A DNA stretch of 64,000 bases from an uncultured Actinomycetota bacterium (lineage in GTDB: Bacteria > Actinomycetota > Actinomycetes > JACCUZ01), in contig CAWDZK010000001.1 of NCBI GenBank assembly GCA_963807005.1, positions 980,829-1,044,828 of the forward strand, in the 5' to 3' direction. The position numbers and the translations under genes were made by a program. The number at the start of each line of letters is the position of its first letter. The stretch's first letter is position 1. Below the pieces are notes generated by a model. That model was given only the letters and a program-made list of their open reading frames with translations, was not told the DNA's origin and made no database searches. This document shows positions 39,187 to 49,057 of the stretch, in pieces.

Positions 39187-40608
39187 GTGACTGCACCCGG
39201 CGACGGCAGGCAGAAGCATGCAGCCGCCGCCCTGGTCGGCGTGCGGCACGTCCCGTACTGGCTCGACGGCCCGGAGCCGGAACCGGCGCCCGCACTGGCC
39301 GGCCCGGCACGCGCCGACCTCGCCGTGGTCGGCGGGGGGTACACCGGGCTGTGGACCGCACTGCTGGCCAAGGAGGCCGACCCGGGGCGCGACGTGCTGC
39401 TGGTCGAGGCCCGGACCGTCGGCTGGGCCGCCTCGGGCAGGAACGGCGGCTTCTGCTCGGCCAGCCTCACCCACGGCTTGCGCAACGGTCTGGACCGCTT
39501 CCCGGCCGAGATGCGCACCCTGGAGCGCCTGGGCCGGGAGAACCTCGACGGCATCGAGGCCGCCGTGGCCTCGTACGGCATCGACTGCTCGTTCGAGCGC
39601 ACCGGCGAGCTCACGGTGGCGACGGCCCGGTGGCAGGCGGACGAGCTGCGGGAGCTGCCGGCGCTGGCCTCGCAGGTGGGCGGCAGGGTGGAGTGGCTCG
39701 ACGCCGACACGGTCCGCGCCAAGGTCGACTCGCCGACGTACCTGGGCGGTGTCCTGGACGAGAGTGGCTGCGCCATGGTCGACCCCGCGCGGCTGGCGCG
39801 GGGTCTACGCGACGCGTGCGTGCGGCTGGGCGTGCGGATCCACGAGAACACCCCCGTCCAGGCGCTGGAGAGATCGGGCAGCTCGACCGTGCTCCGCACG
39901 CCGTACGGACGGGTCACCGCGGACCGCGTGGCGCTGGGCACGAACGCGGTCCTGCCACCGCTGCTGCGCCGGCTGTCGTCCTACGTCGTCCCGGTGTGGG
40001 ACTACGCGCTGATGACCGAGCCGCTCTCACCCGAGCAGCGGGCGGCGGTCGGCTGGTCCGACCGGCACGGGCTCTCGGACGCCGGCAACCTGTTCCACTA
40101 CTACCGGGTCACCGACGACTGGCGGATCCTCTGGGGCGGGTACGACGCGGTCTACCACTACGGCGGGCGCACCGACGACCGGCTCGAGCGCAGCCCGGAG
40201 ACCTTCCTGACCCTGGCCGAGCACTTCTTCGCCACCTTCCCCCAGCTCGACGGGCTGCAGTTCACCCATGCCTGGGGCGGTGTGATCGACACCTGCTCGC
40301 GGTTCTCCGCGTTCTGGGGCACCGCCCACCAGGGACGGGTCGGGTACGTCGCGGGCTACACCGGGCTGGGCGTCGGCGCCACCAGGTTCGGCGGCCAGGT
40401 CATGCTGGACCTGCTGGACGGGCGCTCGACCGAGCGCACCGAGCTGGAGATGGTGCGCCGCAAGCCGCTGCCGTTCCCGCCCGAGCCGGTGCGGTGGGCC
40501 GGCGTCGAGCTCACCCGGCGGGCCGTCGCCCGGGCCGACGCCCGAGAAGGCCGGCGCGGTGCCTGGCTGCGCACCCTGGACGCCCTCGGCCTGGGCTTCG
40601 ACTCGTGA
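39187..40608 (+). CDS. DAO-family FAD-dependent oxidoreductase (second copy)
   Basis: VVGGGYTGLWTALLAKE FAD motif and the C-terminal FTHAWGGVID region. GTG starts 5 nt after the permease stop. Confidence 0.8.
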   Translation: MTAPGDGRQKHAAAALVGVRHVPYWLDGPEPEPAPALAGPARADLAVVGGGYTGLWTALLAKEADPGRDVLLVEARTVGWAASGRNGGFCSASLTHGLRNGLDRFPAEMRTLERLGRENLDGIEAAVASYGIDCSFERTGELTVATARWQADELRELPALASQVGGRVEWLDADTVRAKVDSPTYLGGVLDESGCAMVDPARLARGLRDACVRLGVRIHENTPVQALERSGSSTVLRTPYGRVTADRVALGTNAVLPPLLRRLSSYVVPVWDYALMTEPLSPEQRAAVGWSDRHGLSDAGNLFHYYRVTDDWRILWGGYDAVYHYGGRTDDRLERSPETFLTLAEHFFATFPQLDGLQFTHAWGGVIDTCSRFSAFWGTAHQGRVGYVAGYTGLGVGATRFGGQVMLDLLDGRSTERTELEMVRRKPLPFPPEPVRWAGVELTRRAVARADAREGRRGAWLRTLDALGLGFDS

Positions 40609-40620
40609 GCGGAGACGCAG

Positions 40621-41637
40621 ATGGCTAGGTACGGCCCGATGTTCGGCCCGGACATCACCTTCCTCGGGGTGGAGCGGTGCGACCTCGCCGAGCCCACGTC
40701 GTTCGCCGACGCCGATGTCGTCGTGCTGGGCGCCCCGTTCGACGGCGGCACCTCGCACCGGCCGGGCACCAGGTTCGGTCCGCAGGCGATCCGCTCGACC
40801 GACTACCTCGGCCACGACGCGTCCCGCCCGCATCTCGCGCTGCGGGTGGATCCCCTGCAGGACCTGCGCGTGCTCGACGCCGGCGACGTGGAGATGCCTC
40901 CCGGTGACATCGAGCGGTCGCTGGCCGCTCTCACCGAGGCAGTGGGAACGATCGCGACGAGCGGGGTGATGCCGGTCGTGCTCGGCGGCGACCACTCCAT
41001 CACCCTGGCGGACGTCACCGGTGTGGCGCGCCACCATGGTGCCGGTCGGGTCTCGGTCGTGCACTTCGACGCGCACGCCGACACCGGCGACATCGAGTTC
41101 GGCTCGCTGTACGGGCACGGGCAGCCGATGAGGCGGCTGATCGAGTCCGGTGCGGCCCGCGGTGACCGTTTCCTGCAGATCGGGCTGCGCGGCTACTGGC
41201 CGGGTCCGGAGACACTGGACTGGATGGCCCAGCAGCAGATGCGCTCCTTCGAGATGACCGAGATCGGCGCCCGCGGGCTGGACGACTGCCTCGACGAGGC
41301 GTTCGCCATCGCAGTCGACGACTGCGACGGCGTCTTCCTCTCCGTCGACATCGACGTCGCCGACCCAGGGCACGCGCCGGGCACGGGCACCCCCGAGCCC
41401 GGTGGGCTCACCGCGCGACAGCTGCTCGACGCCGTCCGCCGGGTCGGCCTCGAGCTCCCCGTGGTCGGCGTGGACGTCGTGGAGGTGTCGCCGCCCTACG
41501 ACCACGCCGACATCACCGCCGCCCTGGCCAACCGGGTGGTGCTCGAGGCGCTCTCCGGCGTCGCGGCCCGACGGCAGGGACTCACCACCGACCCGCGGCG
41601 CCCGCTGCTGGCCGACCGGCTCGAGGACGAGGAGTAG
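40621..41637 (+). CDS. Agmatinase/arginase-family ureohydrolase (guanidino-amine hydrolase)
   Basis: GGDHSIT, DAHAD and SVDIDVADPGHAPGTGTPEPGG manganese-binding motifs. Confidence 0.85.
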   Translation: MARYGPMFGPDITFLGVERCDLAEPTSFADADVVVLGAPFDGGTSHRPGTRFGPQAIRSTDYLGHDASRPHLALRVDPLQDLRVLDAGDVEMPPGDIERSLAALTEAVGTIATSGVMPVVLGGDHSITLADVTGVARHHGAGRVSVVHFDAHADTGDIEFGSLYGHGQPMRRLIESGAARGDRFLQIGLRGYWPGPETLDWMAQQQMRSFEMTEIGARGLDDCLDEAFAIAVDDCDGVFLSVDIDVADPGHAPGTGTPEPGGLTARQLLDAVRRVGLELPVVGVDVVEVSPPYDHADITAALANRVVLEALSGVAARRQGLTTDPRRPLLADRLEDEE

Positions 41638-41641
41638 TCCG

Positions 41642-42850
41642 ATGCGGATCCTGCTGGTGGGCGCAGGTGGTGTCGGGTCGGCCGCTGTCGGCATCGCGGC
41701 CCGGCGCGACTTCTTCGAGGCGATGGTCGTCGCCGACTACGACTTCGGTCGGGCCAGGAGGGCACTCGAGCGGCACGCCGGTGACGACAGGTTCGTCGCC
41801 GCGCAGGTGGACGCCTCCAGCGCTGACGCGGTGGCGGCGCTCTGCCACGAGCACGGCATCACCCATGTCCTCAACGCGGTCGACCCCCGGTTCGTGATGC
41901 CGATCTTCGACGGGGCGTTCGCCGCCGGTGCCGACTACCTCGACATGGCGATGTCGCTCTCGCGACCGCACCCGGAGTCGCCGTACGAGAAGACCGGCGT
42001 GATGCTGGGCGACGAGCAGTTCGCCAAGGCCGGCGAGTGGGAGGCAGCGGGTCGGCTGTGCCTGGCCGGCATCGGCATCGAGCCCGGGCTGTCCGACGTC
42101 TTCGCCCGCTACGCGGCGGACCACCTGTTCGACCAGATCGACGAGATCGGGGTGCGGGACGGCGCCAACCTCGAGGTCGACGGGTACGACTTCGCGCCGT
42201 CGTTCTCCATCTGGACCACGATCGAGGAGTGCCTCAACCCACCGGTCGTCTGGGAGAAGGACCGCGGCTGGTTCACCACGGCGCCGTTCAGCGAGCCCGA
42301 GGTGTTCGAGTTCCCCGACGGGATCGGTCCGGTCGAGTGCGTCAACGTCGAGCACGAGGAGGTCCTCCTCATCCCGCGGTGGGTCGACGCCAAGCGGGTC
42401 ACGTTCAAGTACGGCCTCGGTGAGGAGTTCATCACCGTGCTGGAGGTGCTGCACAAGATCGGCCTGGACCGGACCGACAAGGTCCGCGTGGGCGGCGCCG
42501 AGGTGTCCCCCCGGGACGTCGTCGCGGCCTGCCTGCCCGACCCGGCCACGCTGGGGGACCGGATGCGCGGCAAGACCTGTGCCGGGACCTGGGTCACCGG
42601 GCGCAAGGACGGCGCCGACCGGCAGGTGTACCTCTACCACGTGGTCGACAACGAGTGGTCGATGGCCGAGTACGGCTCGCAGGCCGTGGTCTGGCAGACC
42701 GCCGTCAACCCGGTGGTGGCCCTCGAGCTGCTTTCCGGCGGCACCTGGTCGGGTGCCGGTGTCCTCGGCCCGGAGGCCTTCGACGCCGTGCCGTTCCTCG
42801 ACCTGCTCACCGCGTACGGCTCGCCGTGGGGGATGCGCGAGGGCGGCTAG
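41642..42850 (+). CDS. Saccharopine dehydrogenase NADP-binding family protein
   Basis: [16 protein letters not shown] Rossmann N-terminus and a Sacchrp_dh-like C-terminus. ATG at 41642 inside ORF 41402-42850. Confidence 0.7.
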   Translation: MRILLVGAGGVGSAAVGIAARRDFFEAMVVADYDFGRARRALERHAGDDRFVAAQVDASSADAVAALCHEHGITHVLNAVDPRFVMPIFDGAFAAGADYLDMAMSLSRPHPESPYEKTGVMLGDEQFAKAGEWEAAGRLCLAGIGIEPGLSDVFARYAADHLFDQIDEIGVRDGANLEVDGYDFAPSFSIWTTIEECLNPPVVWEKDRGWFTTAPFSEPEVFEFPDGIGPVECVNVEHEEVLLIPRWVDAKRVTFKYGLGEEFITVLEVLHKIGLDRTDKVRVGGAEVSPRDVVAACLPDPATLGDRMRGKTCAGTWVTGRKDGADRQVYLYHVVDNEWSMAEYGSQAVVWQTAVNPVVALELLSGGTWSGAGVLGPEAFDAVPFLDLLTAYGSPWGMREGG

Positions 42851-42917
42851 GGTCGGGCCGGCCGGCCGACAGGTCCGCCGCGCGTGTCGTCGTCGTCCGA
42901 TCGCTGGAGGGTTGCTC

Positions 42918-44003
42918 GTGCCGCACGAGGTGCAGGGTGTCGTGGCCATGGCCAAGGGCCGACCGGTGTCGCTGGAGACCGTGATCGTGCCCGACCCCGG
43001 GCCGGGTGAGGCGCTGGTGCAGGTGCAGGCCTGCGGTGTCTGCCACACCGACCTGCACTACCGCGACGGCGGCATCAACGACGACTTCCCGTTCCTGCTC
43101 GGCCACGAGGCGGCCGGTGTGGTCGAGGCTGTCGGCGACGGCGTCACCGAGGTCGCGCCGGGTGACTTCGTGGTCCTCAACTGGCGCGCGGTGTGCGGGC
43201 AGTGCCGGGCCTGCCGGCGGGGCCGGCCCTGGTACTGCTTCGCCACCCACAACGCCAGCCAGAAGATGACCCTCGCTGACGGGACCGAGCTCAGCCCGGC
43301 GCTGGGCATCGGTGCATTCCTGGAGAAGACGCTGGTGGCCGCCGGTCAGTGCACCAAGGTCGACCCGGAGGCACCCGCGACGGCCGCCGGCCTCCTGGGC
43401 TGCGGGGTCATGGCGGGCTTCGGCGCGGCGGTCAACACCGGCAACGTGGGCCGCGGCGACAGCGTGGCGGTCATCGGCTGCGGCGGCGTCGGCAACGCCG
43501 CCGTCGCTGGGTCGCGGATCGCCGGGGCCACGACCGTGATCGCCGTCGACGTCGACGACCGCAAGCTCGAACAGGCCCGACGGTTCGGCGCCACCCACAC
43601 GGTGAACAGCCGCGACGAGAACGCCGTCGAACGGATCCGTGAGCTCACCGGCGGGTTCGGCGCGGACGTCGTCGTCGAGGCGGTCGGCCGGCCGGAGACC
43701 TACGAGCAGGCCTTCTACGCCCGAGACCTGGCCGGCACGGTCGTTCTGGTCGGCGTGCCGACGCCCGACCTCACCATCGAGCTGCCGATGATCGAGGTGT
43801 TCGGTCGCGGGGGAGCCCTGAAGTCGAGCTGGTACGGCGACTGCCTGCCGAGCCGCGACTTCCCGATGCTGGTCGACCTGTACCGACAGGGCCGGTTCGA
43901 CCTGGAGGGGTTCGTCTCCGAGACGATCGGGCTCGGCGACGTGGAGGCGGCGTTCGAGAAGATGCACCGCGGCGACGTCCTGCGATCGGTGGTCGTGCTC
44001 TGA
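42918..44003 (+). CDS. Zn-dependent class III alcohol dehydrogenase (S-(hydroxymethyl)mycothiol/formaldehyde dehydrogenase-like)
   Basis: [34 protein letters not shown] and the structural-Zn Cys cluster [10 protein letters not shown]. Confidence 0.8.
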   Translation: MPHEVQGVVAMAKGRPVSLETVIVPDPGPGEALVQVQACGVCHTDLHYRDGGINDDFPFLLGHEAAGVVEAVGDGVTEVAPGDFVVLNWRAVCGQCRACRRGRPWYCFATHNASQKMTLADGTELSPALGIGAFLEKTLVAAGQCTKVDPEAPATAAGLLGCGVMAGFGAAVNTGNVGRGDSVAVIGCGGVGNAAVAGSRIAGATTVIAVDVDDRKLEQARRFGATHTVNSRDENAVERIRELTGGFGADVVVEAVGRPETYEQAFYARDLAGTVVLVGVPTPDLTIELPMIEVFGRGGALKSSWYGDCLPSRDFPMLVDLYRQGRFDLEGFVSETIGLGDVEAAFEKMHRGDVLRSVVVL

Positions 44004-44635
44004 TGGCCGCCCGGGTCGAGCAGGTCGTCACCTCGGGCTCGTTCTCGCTCGACGGTGGCGAGTGGCAGGTCGACAACAACGTCTGGCTGGTCGGCGACGA
44101 CGACGAGGTCCTCGTCGTCGACGCAGCGCACGACGCCGGTGCGATCCTCGCGGCGGTGGGCGACCGCCGGGTCGTCGCCGTCGTGCTCACCCACGGGCAC
44201 AACGACCACATCAACGCCGCCGTCGAGGTCGCGGCGGACAAGGACGCCGAGATCGCGCTGCACCCGGCCGACCGGATGCTCTGGGCGGTCGAGTACGGCG
44301 ACGACCTCCACCCCGACCTCGAGCTGGCCGACGGCGACTCGTTCGAGGTGGCGGGCATCCGGCTGGGGGTCCTGCACACACCTGGCCATTCGCCGGGTGC
44401 CGTCTGCCTCTACGCGCCGGACCTAGGCGTGGTGTTCTCGGGCGACACCCTGTTCCAGGGCGGTCCGGGCGCGACCGGGCGGTCGTTCAGCGACTTCCCG
44501 ACGATCATCGCCTCGATCCGCAGCTCGCTGCTGACCCTGCCGATGGCGACCGTCGTGCACTCCGGGCACGGGGCCGACACCACGATCGGCGCCGAGGCTC
44601 CGCACCTCGCCGAGTGGGTCGCACGTGGCCACTGA
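44003..44635 (+). CDS. MBL-fold metallo-hydrolase (S-formylmycothiol-hydrolase-like partner)
   Basis: THGHNDH metal motif. ATG overlaps the ADH stop (TGATG). Confidence 0.75.
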   Translation: MAARVEQVVTSGSFSLDGGEWQVDNNVWLVGDDDEVLVVDAAHDAGAILAAVGDRRVVAVVLTHGHNDHINAAVEVAADKDAEIALHPADRMLWAVEYGDDLHPDLELADGDSFEVAGIRLGVLHTPGHSPGAVCLYAPDLGVVFSGDTLFQGGPGATGRSFSDFPTIIASIRSSLLTLPMATVVHSGHGADTTIGAEAPHLAEWVARGH

Positions 44636-44955
44636 GCACGTGTTCCACCTGGCGCTGGCCTCGGACTGGGAGGCGGCGCAGGCAGCCGGCGACTACCGGG
44701 TGTCGACGCTGGGCCGGACCCTGGCGGAGGAGGGCTTCCTGCACGCGTCCTTCGCGCCACCAGTGGCAGGGCGTGCGGGCTGCTTTCTACACCGACGTCG
44801 ACGAGCCCCTTGTCCTGCTGGAGATCGATCCCGACCTGCTCGGCGTGCCACTCGTCGTCGAGGTCCCGGTCGGCGCCGACAGCGACTCGGAGGCGTTCCC
44901 GCACGTCTACGGCCCGCTCCCGCTCGCGGCGGTCGTCGACGCCCGCCCGGTCTGA
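44625..44955 (+). pseudogene. DUF952 family protein with an apparent +1 frameshift at about 44774-44778
   Basis: N-terminus HVFHLALASDWEAAQAAGDYRVSTLGRTLAEEGFLHASFA in one frame. C-terminus HQWQGVRAAFYTDVDEPLVLLEIDPDLLGVPLVVE...GPLPLAAVVDARPV in the +1 frame. One extra C in the gcgccacc run. Confidence 0.65.
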
Positions 44956-45066
44956 GCCCGCGCGGTCCGCCCGCGGATCACGGCCACCCCGCCGGGCCGT
45001 GAGCCGCGGTGGCGGCCACGCTCACACCGACGAGGACGGCGCCGGCCGGCTGCTGGTTCGGTGGTC

Positions 45067-46410
45067 TCAGCCCAGCGACGCGAACGCCTTCTCGAGGATG
45101 CCCAGCCCCTCCTCGAGCAAGGGCTCGGGCATGACCATCGGGGGCAGGAACCGCAGCACGTTGCCGTAGGTGCCGCAGGTGAGGACCACCAGGCCGTCGG
45201 CGTGGCAGGCCTTCGCGACCGCTGCCGCCGTGGCGGCGTCCGGCTCGAGGGTGCCGGGGCTGGTCAGCTCGATGGCGACCATCGCGCCCCGGCCCCGCAC
45301 GTCGCCGACGACGGCGTACGTCGCGGCGAGCTCGCGCAGCCGCCCGGTCATGAGCCCGCCGATCCGTCGTGACGCTGCGCACAGGTCGAGCGACTCCATC
45401 GTCTCGATGCTGCCCAGCGCGGCGGCGCACGCCACCGGGTTGCCGCCGTAGGTGCCGCCGAGGCCACCGACGTGGGCCGCGTCCATGATCTCGGCGCGAC
45501 CGGTGACCCCGGCGAGCGGCAGGCCGCCGGCGATGCCCTTGGCGGTGGTGACGAGGTCGGGCACCACGCCCTCGTGGTCGCACGCGAACCAGTCGCCGGT
45601 ACGCGCGAAACCGGACTGGATCTCGTCGGCGACGAACACTGCGCCGTTGGCGGTGCACCAGTCCGCGACAGCGGGCAGGAAGCCCGGCGCAGGCACGATG
45701 AAGCCGCCCTCGCCCTGCACCGGCTCGATGACGATGCAGGCCACCTCGTCGGCACCGACCTGCTTCTCGACCAGCTCCAGCGCGCGGGCCGCGGCCTGCT
45801 TGCCGGTCATGCCCTCCGGGTCGCGGAACGGGTAGGACATCGGCACCCGGTAGACCTCGGGGGCGAACGGCCCGAACGAGTGCTTGTAGGGCATGTTCTT
45901 GGCGGTGAGCGCCATGGTCAGGTTGGTCCGGCCGTGGTAGCCGTGGTCGAAGACCACCACCGCCTGCCGACGGGTGTGGGCGCGGGCGATCTTGACGGCG
46001 TTCTCGACCGCCTCGGCGCCGGAGTTGAACAGTGCCGACCGCTTCTCGTGGTCGCCCGGGGTGAGCCGGTGCAGGGCCTCGCACACCTCGACGTACCCGC
46101 TGTAGGGCGTGACCATGAAGCAGGTGTGGGTGAAGCGGGCCACCTGCTCCTGCACCCGGCGGACCACCGCGTCCGCGCTGTTGCCGACCCCGGTCACCGC
46201 GATCCCGGAACCGAAGTCGATCAGCGAGTTGCCGTCGACGTCGACCAGGACGCCGCCGCCGGCGCTGTCGATGAACACCGGCAGCGTCGTGCCGACGCCC
46301 CGCGCCACCACCGCACCGCGCCGGGCGAACAGCTCGGTGGAGCGCGGCCCGGGGATCGAGGTGACGAGACGCCGCTCCTGCGGCAGGCTGGGACCACCGG
46401 AAACAGTCAT
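45067..46410 (-). CDS. gabT: 4-aminobutyrate aminotransferase (class-III PLP aminotransferase)
   Basis: 447 aa with GabT-like motifs (DEIQSGFARTG, TTAKGIAGG). ATG at 46410 inside ORF 45067-46956. Confidence 0.85.
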   Translation of the reverse strand: MTVSGGPSLPQERRLVTSIPGPRSTELFARRGAVVARGVGTTLPVFIDSAGGGVLVDVDGNSLIDFGSGIAVTGVGNSADAVVRRVQEQVARFTHTCFMVTPYSGYVEVCEALHRLTPGDHEKRSALFNSGAEAVENAVKIARAHTRRQAVVVFDHGYHGRTNLTMALTAKNMPYKHSFGPFAPEVYRVPMSYPFRDPEGMTGKQAAARALELVEKQVGADEVACIVIEPVQGEGGFIVPAPGFLPAVADWCTANGAVFVADEIQSGFARTGDWFACDHEGVVPDLVTTAKGIAGGLPLAGVTGRAEIMDAAHVGGLGGTYGGNPVACAAALGSIETMESLDLCAASRRIGGLMTGRLRELAATYAVVGDVRGRGAMVAIELTSPGTLEPDAATAAAVAKACHADGLVVLTCGTYGNVLRFLPPMVMPEPLLEEGLGILEKAFASLG

Positions 46411-46480
46411 GAAGGGCAGGGTACTGTGACGTCCTCGCAAGCGACAGTGCTTGTTCACGACGGAATCCGTAGGAGCCGGC

Positions 46481-47929
46481 ATGGCTGACGTCTGGACCGG
46501 CTGGGTGGGCGGCAGCCGGCTACCCGTGGGCGCCGGAGACCGCCTCCAGGTGCGCCACCCGTACGACCAGGCCCTCGTGGCCGAGGTCGCCTGGGCCGAG
46601 CCGGACCAGGTCGAGGAGGCGGTCGCCAACGCCCACGACGGCCGCCGCGAGGTGGGCGCCGGCCCGGCGCACGTGCGGGCGGAGGCGCTGGCGCACGTGT
46701 CGGCCCGGCTGGCCGAGCGGGCCGACGAGGTCGCCCGGCTGATCGTGGCCGAGTCCGGCAAGCCCGTGGTGTGGGCCCGCGCCGAGGTCGCCCGTGCGGT
46801 GTCGACCTTCCGCTGGGGCGCCGAGGAGGCGCGCCGGTTCGGCGGGGAGATCCAGCGGCTGGACACCGACCCGGCCGCTGACGGGCGGGTCGGCCTGGTC
46901 CGGCGGTTCGCCCGTGGGCCGGTCCTCGGCATCTCGCCGTTCAACTTCCCGCTCAACCTGGTGGCTCACAAGCTGGCGCCCGCGGTCGCGGTCGGCGCCC
47001 CGATCGTGCTCAAGCCCGCCCCGAAGACCCCGCTCTCGGCCCTCGTCCTGGGCGAGCTGTTCGCGGAGACCGACCTGCACCCGGCCGCCGTGTCCGTGGT
47101 GGTCGTGCCGGACTCCGCGGCCCCGGACCTGGTCGCCGACCCGCGGCTGCCGGTCGTCTCCTTCACCGGCTCGGCCGGCGTGGGCGCCCGCATCCAGCAG
47201 GCCGTGCCGCACAAGCACGTGACCCTCGAGCTCGGCGGCAACGCGGCCGCGGTCGTCTGTGCCGACTGGTCCTCCGACGCCGACCTCGACCTTGCGGCAA
47301 CGCGGATCGCCACGTTCGGCACCTACCAGGGCGGCCAGTCCTGCATCTCGGTGCAGCGCGTGCTCGTCGACGCCTCGCTGCTCGACTCGTTCCTGCCACG
47401 GCTGGTCGCGGCCGTCGACGACCTGGCCGTCGGCGACCCGGCTGACGACGCGACGGTGGTCGGCCCGCTCATCGACGAGGCGTCGGCCGTGCGGGTCGAG
47501 GGCTGGGTGCAGGAGGCCGTCGACGCCGGCGCCACGCTGCTCGCCGGCGGGACCCGGAGCGGGACGACGTACGCCCCGACCGTCCTGCTCGACGCACCGG
47601 ACGACGCGAAGGTCGTGCGCGAAGAGGTGTTCGGCCCGATCCTGGTCGTGTCGGCGTTCGACGGCGTGGCCGCCGGGCTGTCCGCCGTCAACGACTCGCG
47701 CTACGGGTTGCAGGCGGGGGTGTTCACCCACGACCTGCAGGTCGCCTTCCGGGCCCACCGCGACCTCGAGGTCGGCGGTGTCGTGATCGGCGACGTGCCG
47801 TCGTTCCGGGCCGACCAGATGCCTTATGGCGGCGCCAAGGACTCCGGGGTCGGCCGCGAGGGTGTCCGCGCCGCGATGGACGACCTGACCTACGAGCGGG
47901 TGATGGTCCTCACCGGCGTCGACCTCTGA
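46481..47929 (+). CDS. Aldehyde dehydrogenase (succinate-semialdehyde dehydrogenase-like, third ALDH)
   Basis: ATG 5 nt after AGGAG; the ORF tool start is 46451. ALDH motifs ELGGNAA and GQSCIS. Divergent from gabT. Confidence 0.85.
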   Translation: MADVWTGWVGGSRLPVGAGDRLQVRHPYDQALVAEVAWAEPDQVEEAVANAHDGRREVGAGPAHVRAEALAHVSARLAERADEVARLIVAESGKPVVWARAEVARAVSTFRWGAEEARRFGGEIQRLDTDPAADGRVGLVRRFARGPVLGISPFNFPLNLVAHKLAPAVAVGAPIVLKPAPKTPLSALVLGELFAETDLHPAAVSVVVVPDSAAPDLVADPRLPVVSFTGSAGVGARIQQAVPHKHVTLELGGNAAAVVCADWSSDADLDLAATRIATFGTYQGGQSCISVQRVLVDASLLDSFLPRLVAAVDDLAVGDPADDATVVGPLIDEASAVRVEGWVQEAVDAGATLLAGGTRSGTTYAPTVLLDAPDDAKVVREEVFGPILVVSAFDGVAAGLSAVNDSRYGLQAGVFTHDLQVAFRAHRDLEVGGVVIGDVPSFRADQMPYGGAKDSGVGREGVRAAMDDLTYERVMVLTGVDL

Positions 47930-48080
47930 CCACCGGAAGCTCCGACACGAGCACGGGGCAGCAACGACGGCAGAACGGCGTCCGGTCCGCGGATCGGTGG
48001 ACGGCGGCCGGCTTGTGCCGTCGTGGGTGCACCGCCGGCAGCGGCCGGTCGGGCGGCGCTCTGAGCGACGAGCCCGAGGC

Positions 48081-48320
48081 TCAGCGCCGGGCCAGCCACC
48101 TGCGCAGGTCGCGTACCCGCACGACCCGTTCCCCGCGCTGCTCGCTGGACGGCAGCTTCCGGTCGCGCACGGCGGCGAGGATCACGGCCTCGTCGACCCG
48201 TGCGATCACGGCCACCTGCTCGAGGCTGAGCAGCGTGTTGGGCTCGTGCCGGACGAAATCGGACATGACCTCAGGATCGGCGCGCAGCCCCGGGACCTTG
48301 ACCTCCCGCGCCGGGGTCAT
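48081..48320 (-). CDS. Small helix-turn-helix DNA-binding protein (HTH_17/excisionase-like)
   Basis: 79 aa (LSLEQVAVIARVDEAVILAAVRDRKL...VRVRDLRRWL). The ATG shares 1 nt with the TetR stop (TGATG). Confidence 0.6.
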   Translation of the reverse strand: MTPAREVKVPGLRADPEVMSDFVRHEPNTLLSLEQVAVIARVDEAVILAAVRDRKLPSSEQRGERVVRVRDLRRWLARR

Positions 48321-49036
48321 CACTGCGGCGGGGCCGTGAGCTGCCGGCGCATGTCGGCCAGCATCGCCTCGAACATCGGCTCCGCGTCGGTGAGGGCGAA
48401 CCCGAGGTGGCCGAACACCTCGATGGTCACGGCGCCGTACAGCCGGACCCAGCCGGACAGGTAGGCGGCGAGCGCACCGAGCGGCAGGACGTCCCCGACG
48501 AGACGGGAGAAGGTGGCCAGCTGGCCGGCCAGCGGCTCGGGCAGGCTCGGGTCCGGCGGGACCGCGAACGGCGCTGCGGCCCAGATCTCGACGAAGATGC
48601 CGAGGAAGACCGCCCCGAAGGACAGGTCCTCGTCCGGCTGCTCGTGTCCGGGCGGCGGCCCGTCGACGGCGGAGGCGAAGACGAGCTGGAACTCGCGCGG
48701 GTGGGTCAGCGCCCACCCCCGGAACGCTCGGCAGGTGGCCATCAACCGGCCCACCGGGTCGTCCCGGCCGACCGAGTCGCGGGCCTGCTCCAGGGTGGCG
48801 GTGATCTCGGCCAGGACGTCGGCGCAGAGCCCGCCGACGATCTCCTCGTGGCTGTCGAAGTAGCGGTAGAGCGCCGGTGCCGTCATCCCCATCGCGCGGG
48901 CTATCGCGCGCAGCGTCAGCGCGTCCGCACCCTCCTCGACGAGCAGTCGGCGGGCGGTGTCCTTGATCTCGGCGGTGGTCGCCTCGCGTGCGCGGGCGCG
49001 GCGGCTGGCACCCGGGGCGGGAGTCCGGACCGTCAC
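48320..49036 (-). CDS. TetR/AcrR family transcriptional regulator
   Basis: N-terminal TetR HTH (TTAEIKDTARRLLVEEGADALTLRAIARAMGMTAPALYRYF). GTG 6 nt after AAGGAGG. Divergent from the MMPL gene. Confidence 0.88.
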   Translation of the reverse strand: MTVRTPAPGASRRARAREATTAEIKDTARRLLVEEGADALTLRAIARAMGMTAPALYRYFDSHEEIVGGLCADVLAEITATLEQARDSVGRDDPVGRLMATCRAFRGWALTHPREFQLVFASAVDGPPPGHEQPDEDLSFGAVFLGIFVEIWAAAPFAVPPDPSLPEPLAGQLATFSRLVGDVLPLGALAAYLSGWVRLYGAVTIEVFGHLGFALTDAEPMFEAMLADMRRQLTAPPQ

Positions 49037-49057
49037 GGCGACCTCCTTGTGGAACAG

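Noticed and set aside
44956-45066. Possible hairpin/terminator between DUF952 and gabT (gtgagc...gctcac)
   Set aside because: Only a 6-bp outer stem with a non-complementary interior. Too weak to call.
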